Part shown: piece after piece, positions 1-8,825 of the stretch
Position numbering within the stretch: the stretch's first letter is position 1
Layout of the letters: every line of letters starts with the position of its first letter
Source: a virus
Strand: one strand, 5' to 3'
Length of the DNA stretch: 64,000 nt
Virus record (IMG/VR): IMGVR_UViG_3300024999_000091
Span: 4,256-68,255 of that record
Made by a program: the position numbers and the translations under genes
Notes under the pieces: model-generated
The model's input: the letters and a program-made list of their open reading frames with translations, nothing else
What the model was told of the DNA's origin: nothing
The model's database searches: none

Positions 1-81
1 ACCATGCCGGAGATGAAGAGTCAGGTGATTTGCATGGTGGTGTCGGAACCGGATAAGAAACTGCGTTTCGAGGCTCAATAG
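1..81 (+). CDS. 3' end of SbcC/Rad50-like ATPase (inverted copy of 59665..61632)
   Basis: Reads TMPEMKSQVICMVVSEPDKKLRFEAQ*, identical to the C-terminus of the 655-aa ORF. Confidence 0.9.
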   Translation, partial: TMPEMKSQVICMVVSEPDKKLRFEAQ

Positions 82-114
82 GAAAGTAATATCAATATCT
101 GCGATGGAGCAGAA

Positions 115-471
115 ATGAACACATCTGAATTTAGAAAAGAACTCGTGAAAATAATGCCTGGGTACGAATGGACGGTGCATAGACCGTACTCTGACGTGGG
201 CGGATATCTTTCTGCCACCGGTATACAGAGTAGCGGGTTTAATCGGCTTTCAACTTTACAAGTCGTGAGAAGAGAGAGAAATGAAACTGTCGAATATGAA
301 GTGAAAAGTTCGGGTTTCGGTAAAAACTCCCCATGGCTATCTGAAGCAACAGACGGCACTCTCGCAAGGGCGCTGCGGACGCTTCAAACACACTACGAAC
401 ACAGGGCTTCTTTGCATGCAAGCCACGCCAGAGCACTGGAATCTGCTCGTAAGCCAAAGCCCACAGCCTGA
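115..471 (+). CDS. Hypothetical phage protein (118 aa)
   Basis: GGAG RBS within the conserved leader motif; in operon order. Confidence 0.75.
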   Translation: MNTSEFRKELVKIMPGYEWTVHRPYSDVGGYLSATGIQSSGFNRLSTLQVVRRERNETVEYEVKSSGFGKNSPWLSEATDGTLARALRTLQTHYEHRASLHASHARALESARKPKPTA

Positions 472-478
472 GGTTAAC

Positions 479-703
479 ATGTCTGAAATAAGGTTCACCA
501 CTGACAATATCAAAGACTTCCAGAATGGCTTGGCATACGTCAAGCGGAGCAGGGATAATCGCCGTCAGCCGACAGTACGGATAACTCTGCCAGACGGCAC
601 CAGCACGGCCCTATGCACATCGACCTATAATTACAACATGTCATATGAAATGCAGTGCATAGTGGCACAACGCATAGCTGATTTATGGAATTCTCAACGT
701 TAG
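479..703 (+). CDS. Hypothetical protein (74 aa)
   Basis: GAGGT RBS before ATG 479; avoids overlap with the upstream gene. Confidence 0.6.
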   Translation: MSEIRFTTDNIKDFQNGLAYVKRSRDNRRQPTVRITLPDGTSTALCTSTYNYNMSYEMQCIVAQRIADLWNSQR

Positions 704-710
704 GAAAAGA

Positions 711-1439
711 TTGGTTATAACTGAATATTTGCCAAAACCCATGATCAAAATAACCACAATTGCCTCATCATCATCCGGCAACTGCTACCTCCTCGATAAC
801 GGGAAATCGAAACTTGTTATCGAGGCCGGAATCAGTATTGCGAAGATCAAAGAAGCGATGGGTTTTCAGTTGTCGTCATCTGCTGGGTGCCTGGTCAGTC
901 ACGGCCATGGCGATCATGCGAAGGCGGTAAAGGATATGATGATAGCCGGAGTGGATGTTTTTATGAGCAAAGGTGCCGCAGAACAGATCGGAGCGACCGG
1001 TCACCGCATGAATCACGTCCAGGCGCTGCAGCAATTCACGGTTGGCGGATGGACCGTGCTGCCGTTCGACGTGGTTCATGATGCTGAAGAACCACTTGGA
1101 TTCATTATTGCGTCCGGTGATGAGAAGGTCCTCTTTATAACCGATCTTGCCTATTGCAAGTATCGATTCTCAGGGGTTACGCACCTGATGATCGAGGCGA
1201 ATTTTTGCGAGAAGATCCTCGCCGAGAACGTGGCGTCCGGATTGGTCGAAAAAGAGCGCTGCTGGCGGATTATAAAGAGCCACATGAGCATTCAGCGGGT
1301 AGTAGACCTCCTAAGGCAGATGGATAAAAGCAGGTTGAAGGAAATTCATCTTCTTCATCTCTCGTCGGCGAATAGCCATGAGGCGATGTTTAAGAAATTA
1401 GTTGCAGAAACGACCGGTAAAACAGTTTACGTAGGATAA
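711..1439 (+). CDS. MBL-fold metallo-hydrolase (phage recombination-associated nuclease)
   Basis: SSSGNCY, SHGHGDH (HxHxDH), HDAEEP, TD, EAN, SHMS, HLS motifs. Confidence 0.9.
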   Translation: MVITEYLPKPMIKITTIASSSSGNCYLLDNGKSKLVIEAGISIAKIKEAMGFQLSSSAGCLVSHGHGDHAKAVKDMMIAGVDVFMSKGAAEQIGATGHRMNHVQALQQFTVGGWTVLPFDVVHDAEEPLGFIIASGDEKVLFITDLAYCKYRFSGVTHLMIEANFCEKILAENVASGLVEKERCWRIIKSHMSIQRVVDLLRQMDKSRLKEIHLLHLSSANSHEAMFKKLVAETTGKTVYVG

Positions 1440-1466
1440 TAATTTGTACTAAGTTGTTCAAAAAGT

Positions 1467-1494
1467 TTGACTGTTCTATGTAGTATGGTATTCT
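1467..1494 (+). promoter_or_regulatory. Sigma70-like promoter upstream of replication genes
   Basis: TTGACT-N16-TATTCT with TG extension, in an AT-rich intergenic gap. Confidence 0.5.
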
Positions 1495-1581
1495 TACGCC
1501 ATCGCTTAGCGGATGGCACCCGCGCAGTAAGGGCGATAAACCAGAATTACAGGTGACATGTTGAATAATCGAAACTTTTTT

Positions 1582-1675
1582 AAAATGGCAAGCAGCTGGA
1601 CGTGCCAAACTATTCCACCTTGGGTACCTGTGCCCTTGGAAGGTGGAATAGGTCCAGCTGCTTGCCATTTTTTTT
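1582..1675 (+). ncRNA. Long bulged hairpin ending in a U-run (C4/CI-like antisense RNA or attenuator)
   Basis: AAAATGGCAAGCAGCTGGAC/GTCCAGCTGCTTGCCATTTT 20-bp stem plus CTATTCCACCTT/AAGGTGGAATAG stem, with GTGCCAAA and TTGG bulges. Confidence 0.55.
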
Positions 1676-1685
1676 GGTGAAACCT

Positions 1686-1835
1686 ATGCGAGAAAAAGAT
1701 GACATAGATGATGATTTTGAAGATTGGATAGAAAGATTGCGCGAGTACTCCAAGGAGAAACGAGAAATTTTTGAATCTGGAATGCCTTTCTCGCAGGATG
1801 TTCACGAAGAACTGATTGATAATCATAGGGTGTGA
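1686..1835 (+). CDS. Small acidic hypothetical protein (49 aa)
   Basis: ATG immediately after the hairpin; stop overlaps the replication-gene start (GTGTGA). Confidence 0.45.
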   Translation: MREKDDIDDDFEDWIERLREYSKEKREIFESGMPFSQDVHEELIDNHRV

Positions 1836-2779
1836 CTGTGGGCACATCATCGACAAGATACAGGACAGTGCATTGTCTGATATGGAATGATGATAAATTT
1901 CCTTATATGTCCGACTATGGAAAACTCGTTTTTCTTCACCTCCTCACCACAACGTTTTCATCACCATTCGGTTGCTTTAAGGCGGGGAAAGCATCGCTCC
2001 TTGAAGAGTCTCGAATGAACCTCGAAGGGTTTGGCAAAGGGTTTGCCGAAGGGTTAAAAGCAGGTTTGTTTAAATATGACGAAAGGACCCTTACTATCCT
2101 TCTTCCAAACTTTCTGAAACACAATAAACCGGCAAATCCGAATGTGGTAAAAATGTGGGGAAAACTGTTTTCAGAGTTGCCTGACGGACCATTGAAAAAC
2201 GAGAATTACTTATTAATAAAAGCATGTTGCGAAGGGTTAGGTAAAGGGTTTGCCGAAGGGTTTGCCGAAGGGTTTAGGGAACCATGTCGAAACCATATGC
2301 CAATACAGGAACAGGAACAGGAACAGGAACAGAATAATAACAACCTTTCCGCTTCTGACGAAGACGGTGGAGTAAAAGAGGTTGAAGAAGAGACTTTTTA
2401 CCTTTCAAAGAAAAAACGAAAATTAAAAGGAAAGGTTCTTGAAAATTTCAATCTTTTCTGGGCAGCTTTTGCTTACCCGAAAGCAAAAGCTGAGGCAGCT
2501 GACGCCTGGTTGGACGTATATTCGCAAAATCTCGTCGACGCCATTATAAACGCCGCAAGAATCGAAGCAGCAGAGAGACCGAGAATTATCGCTCAGGGGA
2601 AAACACCAAAGTACGCCCAAGGTTGGTTGTCGGGGAGAAGGTGGGAGGATTCACTCGGGGAAGATGGTAGCAATAAATTATTCGACTGCGAGCGATGCAA
2701 TTACAAACTCAACCACCAAACCACATGCTGGAAAGAGGGCCGTAAAACATGCTCATCATACCAGAAGGTTGAGTTATGA
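1832..2779 (+). CDS. Phage replication initiator / replisome organiser (lambda O-like position)
   Basis: N-terminal IWNDDKF...KLVFLHLLT wHTH-like region, internal iterons, QEQEQE linker, C-terminal FWAAFAYPK...WL..RRWED; coupled to dnaB. Confidence 0.85.
   Translation: MTVGTSSTRYRTVHCLIWNDDKFPYMSDYGKLVFLHLLTTTFSSPFGCFKAGKASLLEESRMNLEGFGKGFAEGLKAGLFKYDERTLTILLPNFLKHNKPANPNVVKMWGKLFSELPDGPLKNENYLLIKACCEGLGKGFAEGFAEGFREPCRNHMPIQEQEQEQEQNNNNLSASDEDGGVKEVEEETFYLSKKKRKLKGKVLENFNLFWAAFAYPKAKAEAADAWLDVYSQNLVDAIINAARIEAAERPRIIAQGKTPKYAQGWLSGRRWEDSLGEDGSNKLFDCERCNYKLNHQTTCWKEGRKTCSSYQKVEL
2024..2332. repeat. Putative replication-origin iterons
   Basis: 12-bp GAAGGGTTTGCC-like repeats at 2024-2055 and 2231-2275, (CAGGAA)4 at 2306-2332, then A-rich sequence. 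Mirrored at about 57414-57722. Confidence 0.7.
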
Positions 2780-4113
2780 ACGCGCCGCACAGTCTTCAAT
2801 CAACAAGAGTCCCGCCGCAGAATATAGAGGCCGAGATGTCTATCATCGGCACATGCATGCTTTACCCAGACGCTGTGACAACCGTAGTCGCAGAGCTTGC
2901 CCCGCAGGATTTTTACAAGACGCATCACCGAAGTATTTTTGAGGCAATTTATTCTCTTTGGCACAAGAGGGTCAACGTCGACCTTGTAACCGTTTCGTCT
3001 TTCCTGAAGGATATTTCGAAACTTGAGGAGGTCGGAGGTTTCGCATACCTGTCATCGCTTTGTGCTGTGGTCCCGATAAGGTCAAGAATAAAAGATTTTT
3101 GCCAGATCGTGAAAGAGAAGGCGAAAGCACGGCAGTTGATCAAGGTCGCCGAAGAAATCGCCGGATCATGCTATGACGGTGCCCCGGTAAATGATCTGGT
3201 GAATGAGTTTGGCCAGGAGATCGTTAATCTGTCCACCGATGACACCGAATATACCAGGGATATCTCCGTCATCACTGATTCGTTACTCAAACACATCACC
3301 GAAATCCATAATGGTGAGAAAGACACGTTTGGGCTTCCAACCGGATTTGCTGATTTCGACAGCCTGATTGGAGGCCTACAAAAAGCAGAGGTGACTATTA
3401 TTGCCGGCCGGCCAGCGATGGGGAAAACCACATTTGTCATGAATATCGCCCATCATGTGGCTAAGGCCGGGACGGGGGTGTTGATTTTCTCAATGGAAAT
3501 GGCATCTGAAAGGCTGGTACAAAAACTCATCTCGACCATCTCTGGCGTGAACACCAAAAAAATGGATCGGGGTTTAATGACGCCTGATCAATTAAAGGCT
3601 GTTCAGGAAGCGGCAATTTTTCTAAAGAAACTGCCAATCACCATTGATGAAAGCTCTGCCCTTGGTATCACCCAAATTCAAGCCAGAGCGAAAATCCAGG
3701 CCATGAGGCGATCTATTGGCCTGGTGGTTGTCGATTATATGCAACTCGGGAAAGCCAAGGCAGTTTCCAGGGAGCAAGAGATTACCGCAATTTCTGCAGG
3801 GCTTAAGGCTTTGTCGAAAGATTTAAATGTGCCGGTCATTGCCCTATCACAGCTTTCCCGGAAATGTGATGAGCGACCGGACAAGAAACCAATGATGTCT
3901 GATCTCCGGGAATCTGGTTCGATTGAACAAGATGCAGGGGTTATTGCCTTCATCTATCGGGATGAGGTGTATAACACGTCAGAAGACAATCCGTTACGAG
4001 GATTGGCTGAAATAATCGTGAGGAAAAACAGATACGGCGATCCTGGAACTGTGAAAATGTTCTTTGATGGGGGCCGGTGTAGGTTCGGCGATATGGTTCA
4101 GGAAATAAACTAG
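2776..4113 (+). CDS. dnaB: Replicative DNA helicase
   Basis: PPQNIEAE, GRPAMGKT (Walker A), SMEM, VVDYMQL, LSQLSR, DLRESGSIEQDA, KNRYG. Confidence 0.97.
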   Translation: MNAPHSLQSTRVPPQNIEAEMSIIGTCMLYPDAVTTVVAELAPQDFYKTHHRSIFEAIYSLWHKRVNVDLVTVSSFLKDISKLEEVGGFAYLSSLCAVVPIRSRIKDFCQIVKEKAKARQLIKVAEEIAGSCYDGAPVNDLVNEFGQEIVNLSTDDTEYTRDISVITDSLLKHITEIHNGEKDTFGLPTGFADFDSLIGGLQKAEVTIIAGRPAMGKTTFVMNIAHHVAKAGTGVLIFSMEMASERLVQKLISTISGVNTKKMDRGLMTPDQLKAVQEAAIFLKKLPITIDESSALGITQIQARAKIQAMRRSIGLVVVDYMQLGKAKAVSREQEITAISAGLKALSKDLNVPVIALSQLSRKCDERPDKKPMMSDLRESGSIEQDAGVIAFIYRDEVYNTSEDNPLRGLAEIIVRKNRYGDPGTVKMFFDGGRCRFGDMVQEIN

Positions 4114-4137
4114 GTGGCGGCCGGTTGTGACCACTAA

Positions 4138-4150
4138 GAAAGTATAATCA
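4138..4150 (+). other. Recombined junction site GAAAGTATAATCA
   Basis: Left flank equals the 55609+ sequence (reverse complement); right flank equals the 63887+ sequence. Confidence 0.85.
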
Positions 4151-4159
4151 GTTTTCGCG

Positions 4160-4885
4160 ATGGAGCAGAATTTGAAAAATTACCTATCGATGGGTTTCGG
4201 CGTAAACTCGGTTGCCCTATACCTGCTGATGCAGGATTTAGAAATGGAGTTTGAGGCGGTGTTTGTTGATCATGGAGGAGATTGGCCTGAGACATACGAG
4301 TACGCCAAATATTTCATTGCTTCAGGCAGGCCCGTGACGATCCTGAAGCCAAATGTCGAAGGCTACGACTCTCTCTATGACTACTCGATCGCAAAACGGA
4401 TAATGCCGAGCAGGATAAAGCGCTGGTGTACAGATAAGTTCAAGGTGAAGGTGTTGTTAAAGAACATTCAAACTCCTTGTTTTCAGCACATCGGCATTGA
4501 CGCTGGGGAGTCCCGCAGAGCCAAAATAGCAACAAGCAAAGGGGTGGAGAACCGCTACCTGTTGATAGAGCACGGTATCGACAGGGATGGTTGCAAGAGA
4601 TTGATAACCGATCATGGCCTCGACGTGCCGAGAAAGAGCGGCTGCTTTTTTTGCCCTTTCCAGCGCAAAGCCCAATGGCAATCACTGCGAAAGGCAAATA
4701 ATGGGCTGTGGTGCAAAGCTGTTGAGATTGAGACAGTGACAAATAAAGGCCGGGACCTCCGGGGTAAAAAACATATTTTTCTCTACCAGAAAGACCGTCC
4801 GCTGCCGTCTTTGATTAACGATAAGCAATCGGCGTTACCAGGGATGGAAGGCATTGGATATCCGCCATGCCAGTGCGGATTATGA
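4160..4885 (+). CDS. PAPS-reductase-like (CysH/PP-loop family) protein; probable start TTG 4172
   Basis: LSMGFGVNS PP-loop variant, VDHGGDWPETY, RWCTDKFK, GIDAGESRR, KSGCFFCP. Confidence 0.8.
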   Translation: MEQNLKNYLSMGFGVNSVALYLLMQDLEMEFEAVFVDHGGDWPETYEYAKYFIASGRPVTILKPNVEGYDSLYDYSIAKRIMPSRIKRWCTDKFKVKVLLKNIQTPCFQHIGIDAGESRRAKIATSKGVENRYLLIEHGIDRDGCKRLITDHGLDVPRKSGCFFCPFQRKAQWQSLRKANNGLWCKAVEIETVTNKGRDLRGKKHIFLYQKDRPLPSLINDKQSALPGMEGIGYPPCQCGL

Positions 4886-4952
4886 GTTGTTAGAAAAAGA
4901 GAGATACTAACTGAGTACATGTCTCACGAAAATTCGAAAATGGAGCAGTTTT

Positions 4953-5099
4953 ATGAAATATAAAATTATTTGTGGTTCCAGTAAAGAATGCGAAGAAGAA
5001 CTCAATAAGCTTGTAGTAAAACACTGGGTCATTGTTCATGGCTTCTCTGTTGTTAATGAAAATGTGACCATATTGGTCGAGCTTAACGAAAGGGTTTGA
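4953..5099 (+). CDS. Small hypothetical protein (48 aa, MKYKIICGSSKECEEELNKL...)
   Basis: Below the ORF-track cut-off; GGAG RBS in the repeated leader; its stop TGA is part of the next motif. Confidence 0.6.
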   Translation: MKYKIICGSSKECEEELNKLVVKHWVIVHGFSVVNENVTILVELNERV

Positions 5100-5137
5100 G
5101 TAGTTGTCTCAATAATTTTCGGAAATGGAGCGGGTTT

Positions 5138-5347
5138 ATGAAAGACGATGAGCGAAAGCTACTTGAAGAGCTACAGCGCCGAGCCAAGGCAAATGAACGC
5201 GCCTATGTTCGCGAGATAGTCTCAGAAATGAAGATTCCGGAGAAGAGGGCAGCCTATATTTGCGGCAAATGGACCGATAAGGGGTGGTATGACTATGGGG
5301 TTAGCGTTTTGGCTGGATGGCTCACCGATGACGGGATGGCCGCATAA
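5138..5347 (+). CDS. Small hypothetical protein (69 aa, wHTH-like)
   Basis: GGAG RBS before ATG 5138; KWTDKGWYDYGVS motif. Confidence 0.7.
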   Translation: MKDDERKLLEELQRRAKANERAYVREIVSEMKIPEKRAAYICGKWTDKGWYDYGVSVLAGWLTDDGMAA

Positions 5348-5412
5348 ATAACTGAGTAGTTGTCTCACAAAAATTCAAGAATGGAGTAGAAAATATTTCA
5401 AAAAGGAAAACC

Positions 5413-5805
5413 ATGAAAAGAAAATTGAACGAACTTGGCCAAAAACTGCATGACGAATTCGAGATTGACCGGCAGATGTTTGGCGGTTGTTCCTGCCATA
5501 TCAGCCCGCCGTGCGGCTTCTGCCTCCATCCAGGAAATCCAAGTAATCTGGAAGAAACACCGGAGGCATGGGAACCGGAAGAGATCGAGATCGTTATTCC
5601 TGTCAATCCTGTTGAATCATCCAATATTCTCGGCGTCGGCTATGATGCAGAAAGCAAAACCATGGCCGTGCAATTCAAGAGTGGCGGGACCTACTATTAC
5701 CCTGAAGTACCGCAGGGCGATTACGACGCTCTCCTGGCTGCCAAGAGTATCGGCAAGCATTACCATTCCCATATTCGGGGGAAATTTTTAGGCAAGAAAA
5801 TCTGA
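5413..5805 (+). CDS. KTSC-domain protein with Cys-rich N-terminus
   Basis: VESSNILGVGYD...VQFKSGGTYYY..VP..Y..LLAAKSIGKHY (KTSC); CSCHISPPCGFC. Confidence 0.85.
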   Translation: MKRKLNELGQKLHDEFEIDRQMFGGCSCHISPPCGFCLHPGNPSNLEETPEAWEPEEIEIVIPVNPVESSNILGVGYDAESKTMAVQFKSGGTYYYPEVPQGDYDALLAAKSIGKHYHSHIRGKFLGKKI

Positions 5806-5847
5806 GTGTCATCAACGGAAAAATCATCAACAAGGAGAACTACCACA

Positions 5848-7005
5848 ATGAAAGGTCAAAAAAGCACAACCACCAAACTGCCGGCGGCAACCGCGGCAAA
5901 TCAAGGCGCCCTGGAAGTAGCTCAAGCGAGCGTCTCCGAGCGGTTCATGAACATGGTCATCAAGGAATTCGGTTCCGGTGTCGGGGAGATCGCCCTGACC
6001 AAGGCGCAGAAACGCCTTGCTCAGAATTACTTCATGGCAATTGATACCGTTCTGAAGGTGGCCGAAGAAAAGCGCCTGAAGAAATCGGAAAAATACCGAG
6101 ACCAGTTGGCGATCACCTGGAACAACGTCAACAAAGAACTCCTCGCTCGAAACGTGGTGGCAGCAGCCAGGATCGGATGGGATCCTCTTGAAAAGAACCA
6201 CGTCCACATGATTCCGTACAAGAACAATACCACTAATCTCTACGACATCGGCTTCATTCCAGGATATCGCGGTCTGGAATTGAAGGCTGAAAAATATTCC
6301 CTCGGTGAGCCGCCTATCGTGATTTGCGAACTGGTCTATTCAAACGACAATTTCCAAATATTCAAGAAAGGTCAGGGCAACGAGGTTGAATCCTATATCT
6401 TCAATGTCGAAAATCCTTTCAACCGCGGCGAGATCGTTGGCGGATTCTATTACCACTCATACAAGGATCCTGCCCGCAACCGGCTCGTCGTGATGTCCTT
6501 GGCCGATATCCTCAAGCGCAAACCGAAGTATGCCAGCACTGAATTTTGGGGCGGGGAAAAGGATGTTTGGGAGAAGAACGAGAAGACCGGGAGGAGCGAA
6601 AAATCCGGCACCGAAAAGGTTGATGGTTGGTTCGATGAAATGTGCCTTAAGACCATCAAGCGGGCGGCCTACGGAAATATCACCATCGACAGCCAGAAGG
6701 TGGACGATAATTACCAATCTCTTCTGCAGAACGAGGTGTCGGTGCGAGATGCTGAGAACCGACAGGAATACGAACAAGAGGCCAATAAGGAAGCGATTGA
6801 CATAACCGCGACAAATGTTGAGGAGTCGAGCGATCAACCGCCACCGGGGAATGTCGATACCAATACCGGCGAGATGAAAGAAGAAGAGCCCCCTCTTCCC
6901 GATGAGCCGACAGGCGGACAAGAAATGTCTTCACAGGAAGCCGACAAAGCCCTCGCCGAGCAGGAAGATAAGCAACCGGCACGAACCGGTCGGGCGCCGT
7001 TCTGA
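5848..7005 (+). CDS. recT: RecT-family ssDNA annealing protein
   Basis: HMIPY, GYRGL, ELVYSND.F, RGEIVGGF, EMCLKTIKR; acidic tail; AAGGAG RBS. Confidence 0.8.
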   Translation: MKGQKSTTTKLPAATAANQGALEVAQASVSERFMNMVIKEFGSGVGEIALTKAQKRLAQNYFMAIDTVLKVAEEKRLKKSEKYRDQLAITWNNVNKELLARNVVAAARIGWDPLEKNHVHMIPYKNNTTNLYDIGFIPGYRGLELKAEKYSLGEPPIVICELVYSNDNFQIFKKGQGNEVESYIFNVENPFNRGEIVGGFYYHSYKDPARNRLVVMSLADILKRKPKYASTEFWGGEKDVWEKNEKTGRSEKSGTEKVDGWFDEMCLKTIKRAAYGNITIDSQKVDDNYQSLLQNEVSVRDAENRQEYEQEANKEAIDITATNVEESSDQPPPGNVDTNTGEMKEEEPPLPDEPTGGQEMSSQEADKALAEQEDKQPARTGRAPF

Positions 7006-7158
7006 TAATCATACAGTTCATTGCGCGTAGCGGCAACGTGGCGCAGTCGTGAGGAGCCGTTGGTAGGATAGACTGAGCGGGATACCAACTGCGCGTGATG
7101 AATTTTCCATATTATAACTGAGTATCACTTTTTAAAATTTCCGAAAATGGAGCGGGAA

Positions 7159-7662
7159 ATGGAGCCGTACATAATACCTGTCGCCCGGTTGGTTCTCAGC
7201 TCTCAGGTTGGGGCGTGGTGTAAAATCCCCTATCCTGGGCACCCGAAAGGTTGCCCAAATTATGGAACGGAAGACCGATGTCCGCCACATGCTCCGCATG
7301 TTTCTGAATATTTCGACACTTCACGACAGCTCTATATTGTTCATTCAGAATTCGATCTATCAGGCCACCAGGAAAGAATGCAAGAAGCACATCCTCAATG
7401 GTCAGATCGCCAGTGTCGGTGCGTTCTCTACTGGCAGCCAAGATCGAGGAAACAACTGAAAGAGCGAGCGGCACAAGCAATGAAATCTCTCGGCCTTGAT
7501 GCTATGGCGTGGGTGCCGGAAGCAATGGGGGTCAATGTTTACGCAACCTGCAAGCTTTCCGGCTTACATCTCGAACAAATACGAAACCTTAAAACATGTC
7601 GGCATGTTGCTCTAATCGGGCATGGCCAAAACAAAACCAAAGGGCAATTGAAATTGTTCTAG
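7159..7662 (+). CDS. DUF2284-like Cys-rich metal-binding protein
   Basis: C...GCPNYG...CPP and PEAMGVNV motifs. Confidence 0.6.
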   Translation: MEPYIIPVARLVLSSQVGAWCKIPYPGHPKGCPNYGTEDRCPPHAPHVSEYFDTSRQLYIVHSEFDLSGHQERMQEAHPQWSDRQCRCVLYWQPRSRKQLKERAAQAMKSLGLDAMAWVPEAMGVNVYATCKLSGLHLEQIRNLKTCRHVALIGHGQNKTKGQLKLF

Positions 7663-7707
7663 AATTTCTGAAAATGGAGCGGAAAAATGACCATTGAGCT
7701 TGGCACG

Positions 7708-7745
7708 AAAAAGCCCGAGAAGGTTGGTCAGGCCTTCCCGGGCTT
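7708..7745 (-). terminator. Intrinsic terminator ending the late/lysis operon
   Basis: AAGCCCG-GAAGG...CCTTC-CGGGCTT hairpin with an A5 run, between convergent operons. Confidence 0.55.
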
Positions 7746-7824
7746 CGGGGGTGGAGAACTGGACACGATCAACAGATCAGGTGTTGGTCGTACTGTAGCC
7801 TTATCGGTAGGTGAATGTCAATAT

Positions 7825-8367
7825 TTAAGTCCGCTCGAACCATCCTGAAAATTCTTCTCTCTCCGGGTTCGATCGCATGAGGTTGATATAATACTCTGCC
7901 TGAAGGTGATTAAGAAGTTTTACCAGTTTCTTAAGTCGCCCAACCATGATACACGTTTTCAGGTTACCGATGGTCATGTCACGGATGTTTCCGGTAAGCG
8001 GCAGGTCCTGGTAGAGCATGCGGTTTCTGTTGAGCAAGTTCATCGCCTCCTGCAGGATCTTTCCGGCGCTCACAGGTGAAATATTCACGGCTGTGTCAAA
8101 GACCTCGATAGCGACATCCCTTGAAAGCGCTGCCAGTCTGTCACCGTTTATTGCATCCCAGAAGTTCATCTTATAAAAGAGCGCCACCATTTCGTTCGGG
8201 ACAGGCTCGCCGCGGTCAACAAGAGCCCACCCCTCCCATTTCGGATGACGATTACGGGCAATGCCCCAAACGGTCTGCCCGCCAGGGTCAAGCTGATGGT
8301 CTGATTCTGGCCCTTCAATCCCTTTGGTATGGGCCAGGGCTATCTGGAAATCCTTGGTGTGGATCAT
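7825..8367 (-). CDS. Endolysin, glycoside hydrolase family 108
   Basis: EG..SD...DPGGQTVWGI, FDTAVN, LQEAMN, F..GWF.R. Confidence 0.9.
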   Translation of the reverse strand: MIHTKDFQIALAHTKGIEGPESDHQLDPGGQTVWGIARNRHPKWEGWALVDRGEPVPNEMVALFYKMNFWDAINGDRLAALSRDVAIEVFDTAVNISPVSAGKILQEAMNLLNRNRMLYQDLPLTGNIRDMTIGNLKTCIMVGRLKKLVKLLNHLQAEYYINLMRSNPEREEFSGWFERT

Positions 8368-8825
8368 TGGTTGGCTTTACCTCTTTCTGAAAGAAGTTGG
8401 CTGACGAGATCATCATGCCTTTTCATGAGTGTGTCAAAGCGCTTTTCTCCCGCATCATGATAGTCCTTGATCATCCCCTTGATTTCGTCAAACTCCCTGG
8501 TCCCAGCGGTGAACTGCGCCTGTTGTGCCACGAATTGCACTTGAATCAACTCATGAAATTTCTTTTGGCTGGCAAGGCAGTCTCCAGGCTCGATACATTC
8601 AATGGCGTCGATATCACCCTGGAGCCTGGTGACATCTTCTTTAAACTCCGCTTTGTTCTCTGTCGCTTCTTTCTTTAAATCGACTACCGCTTTTTCTACG
8701 GTCTTTATGCGATTGTCATATTTTTCTACACTGCGGCCATACCGGAATGCGGAGAGAACCCACCCAAGGATGGCAGACAGCCCTATCCCTCCCCATTTAA
8801 TGACTTCTTTTTCGTCAATGGTCAA
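8364..8825 (-). CDS. Membrane-anchored coiled-coil protein (holin/anti-holin candidate)
   Basis: Single N-terminal TM (WGGIGLSAILGWVLSAF); directly upstream of the lysin. Confidence 0.55.
   Translation of the reverse strand: MTIDEKEVIKWGGIGLSAILGWVLSAFRYGRSVEKYDNRIKTVEKAVVDLKKEATENKAEFKEDVTRLQGDIDAIECIEPGDCLASQKKFHELIQVQFVAQQAQFTAGTREFDEIKGMIKDYHDAGEKRFDTLMKRHDDLVSQLLSERGKANQ

Larger units (their letters stand above)
1..4144. repeat. Large inverted repeat, left arm (reverse complement of 55602..59745; continues beyond the window start)
   Basis: Every ORF maps as x <-> 59746-x with identical translation. Identity stops at 4144/55602. Confidence 0.97.

Noticed and set aside
1602-1685. N-terminal extension of the 77-aa ORF
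   Set aside because: It runs through the RNA hairpin; the start at 1686 is more plausible.
2776-4113. Two dnaB/replication modules as true paralogs
   Set aside because: The copies are identical and belong to adjacent genome units; one unit has a single set.
4909-5386. CRISPR array or integron attC sites
   Set aside because: The repeats are degenerate and separated by whole genes; there are no cas or intI genes and no RYYYAAC/GTTRRRY ends.
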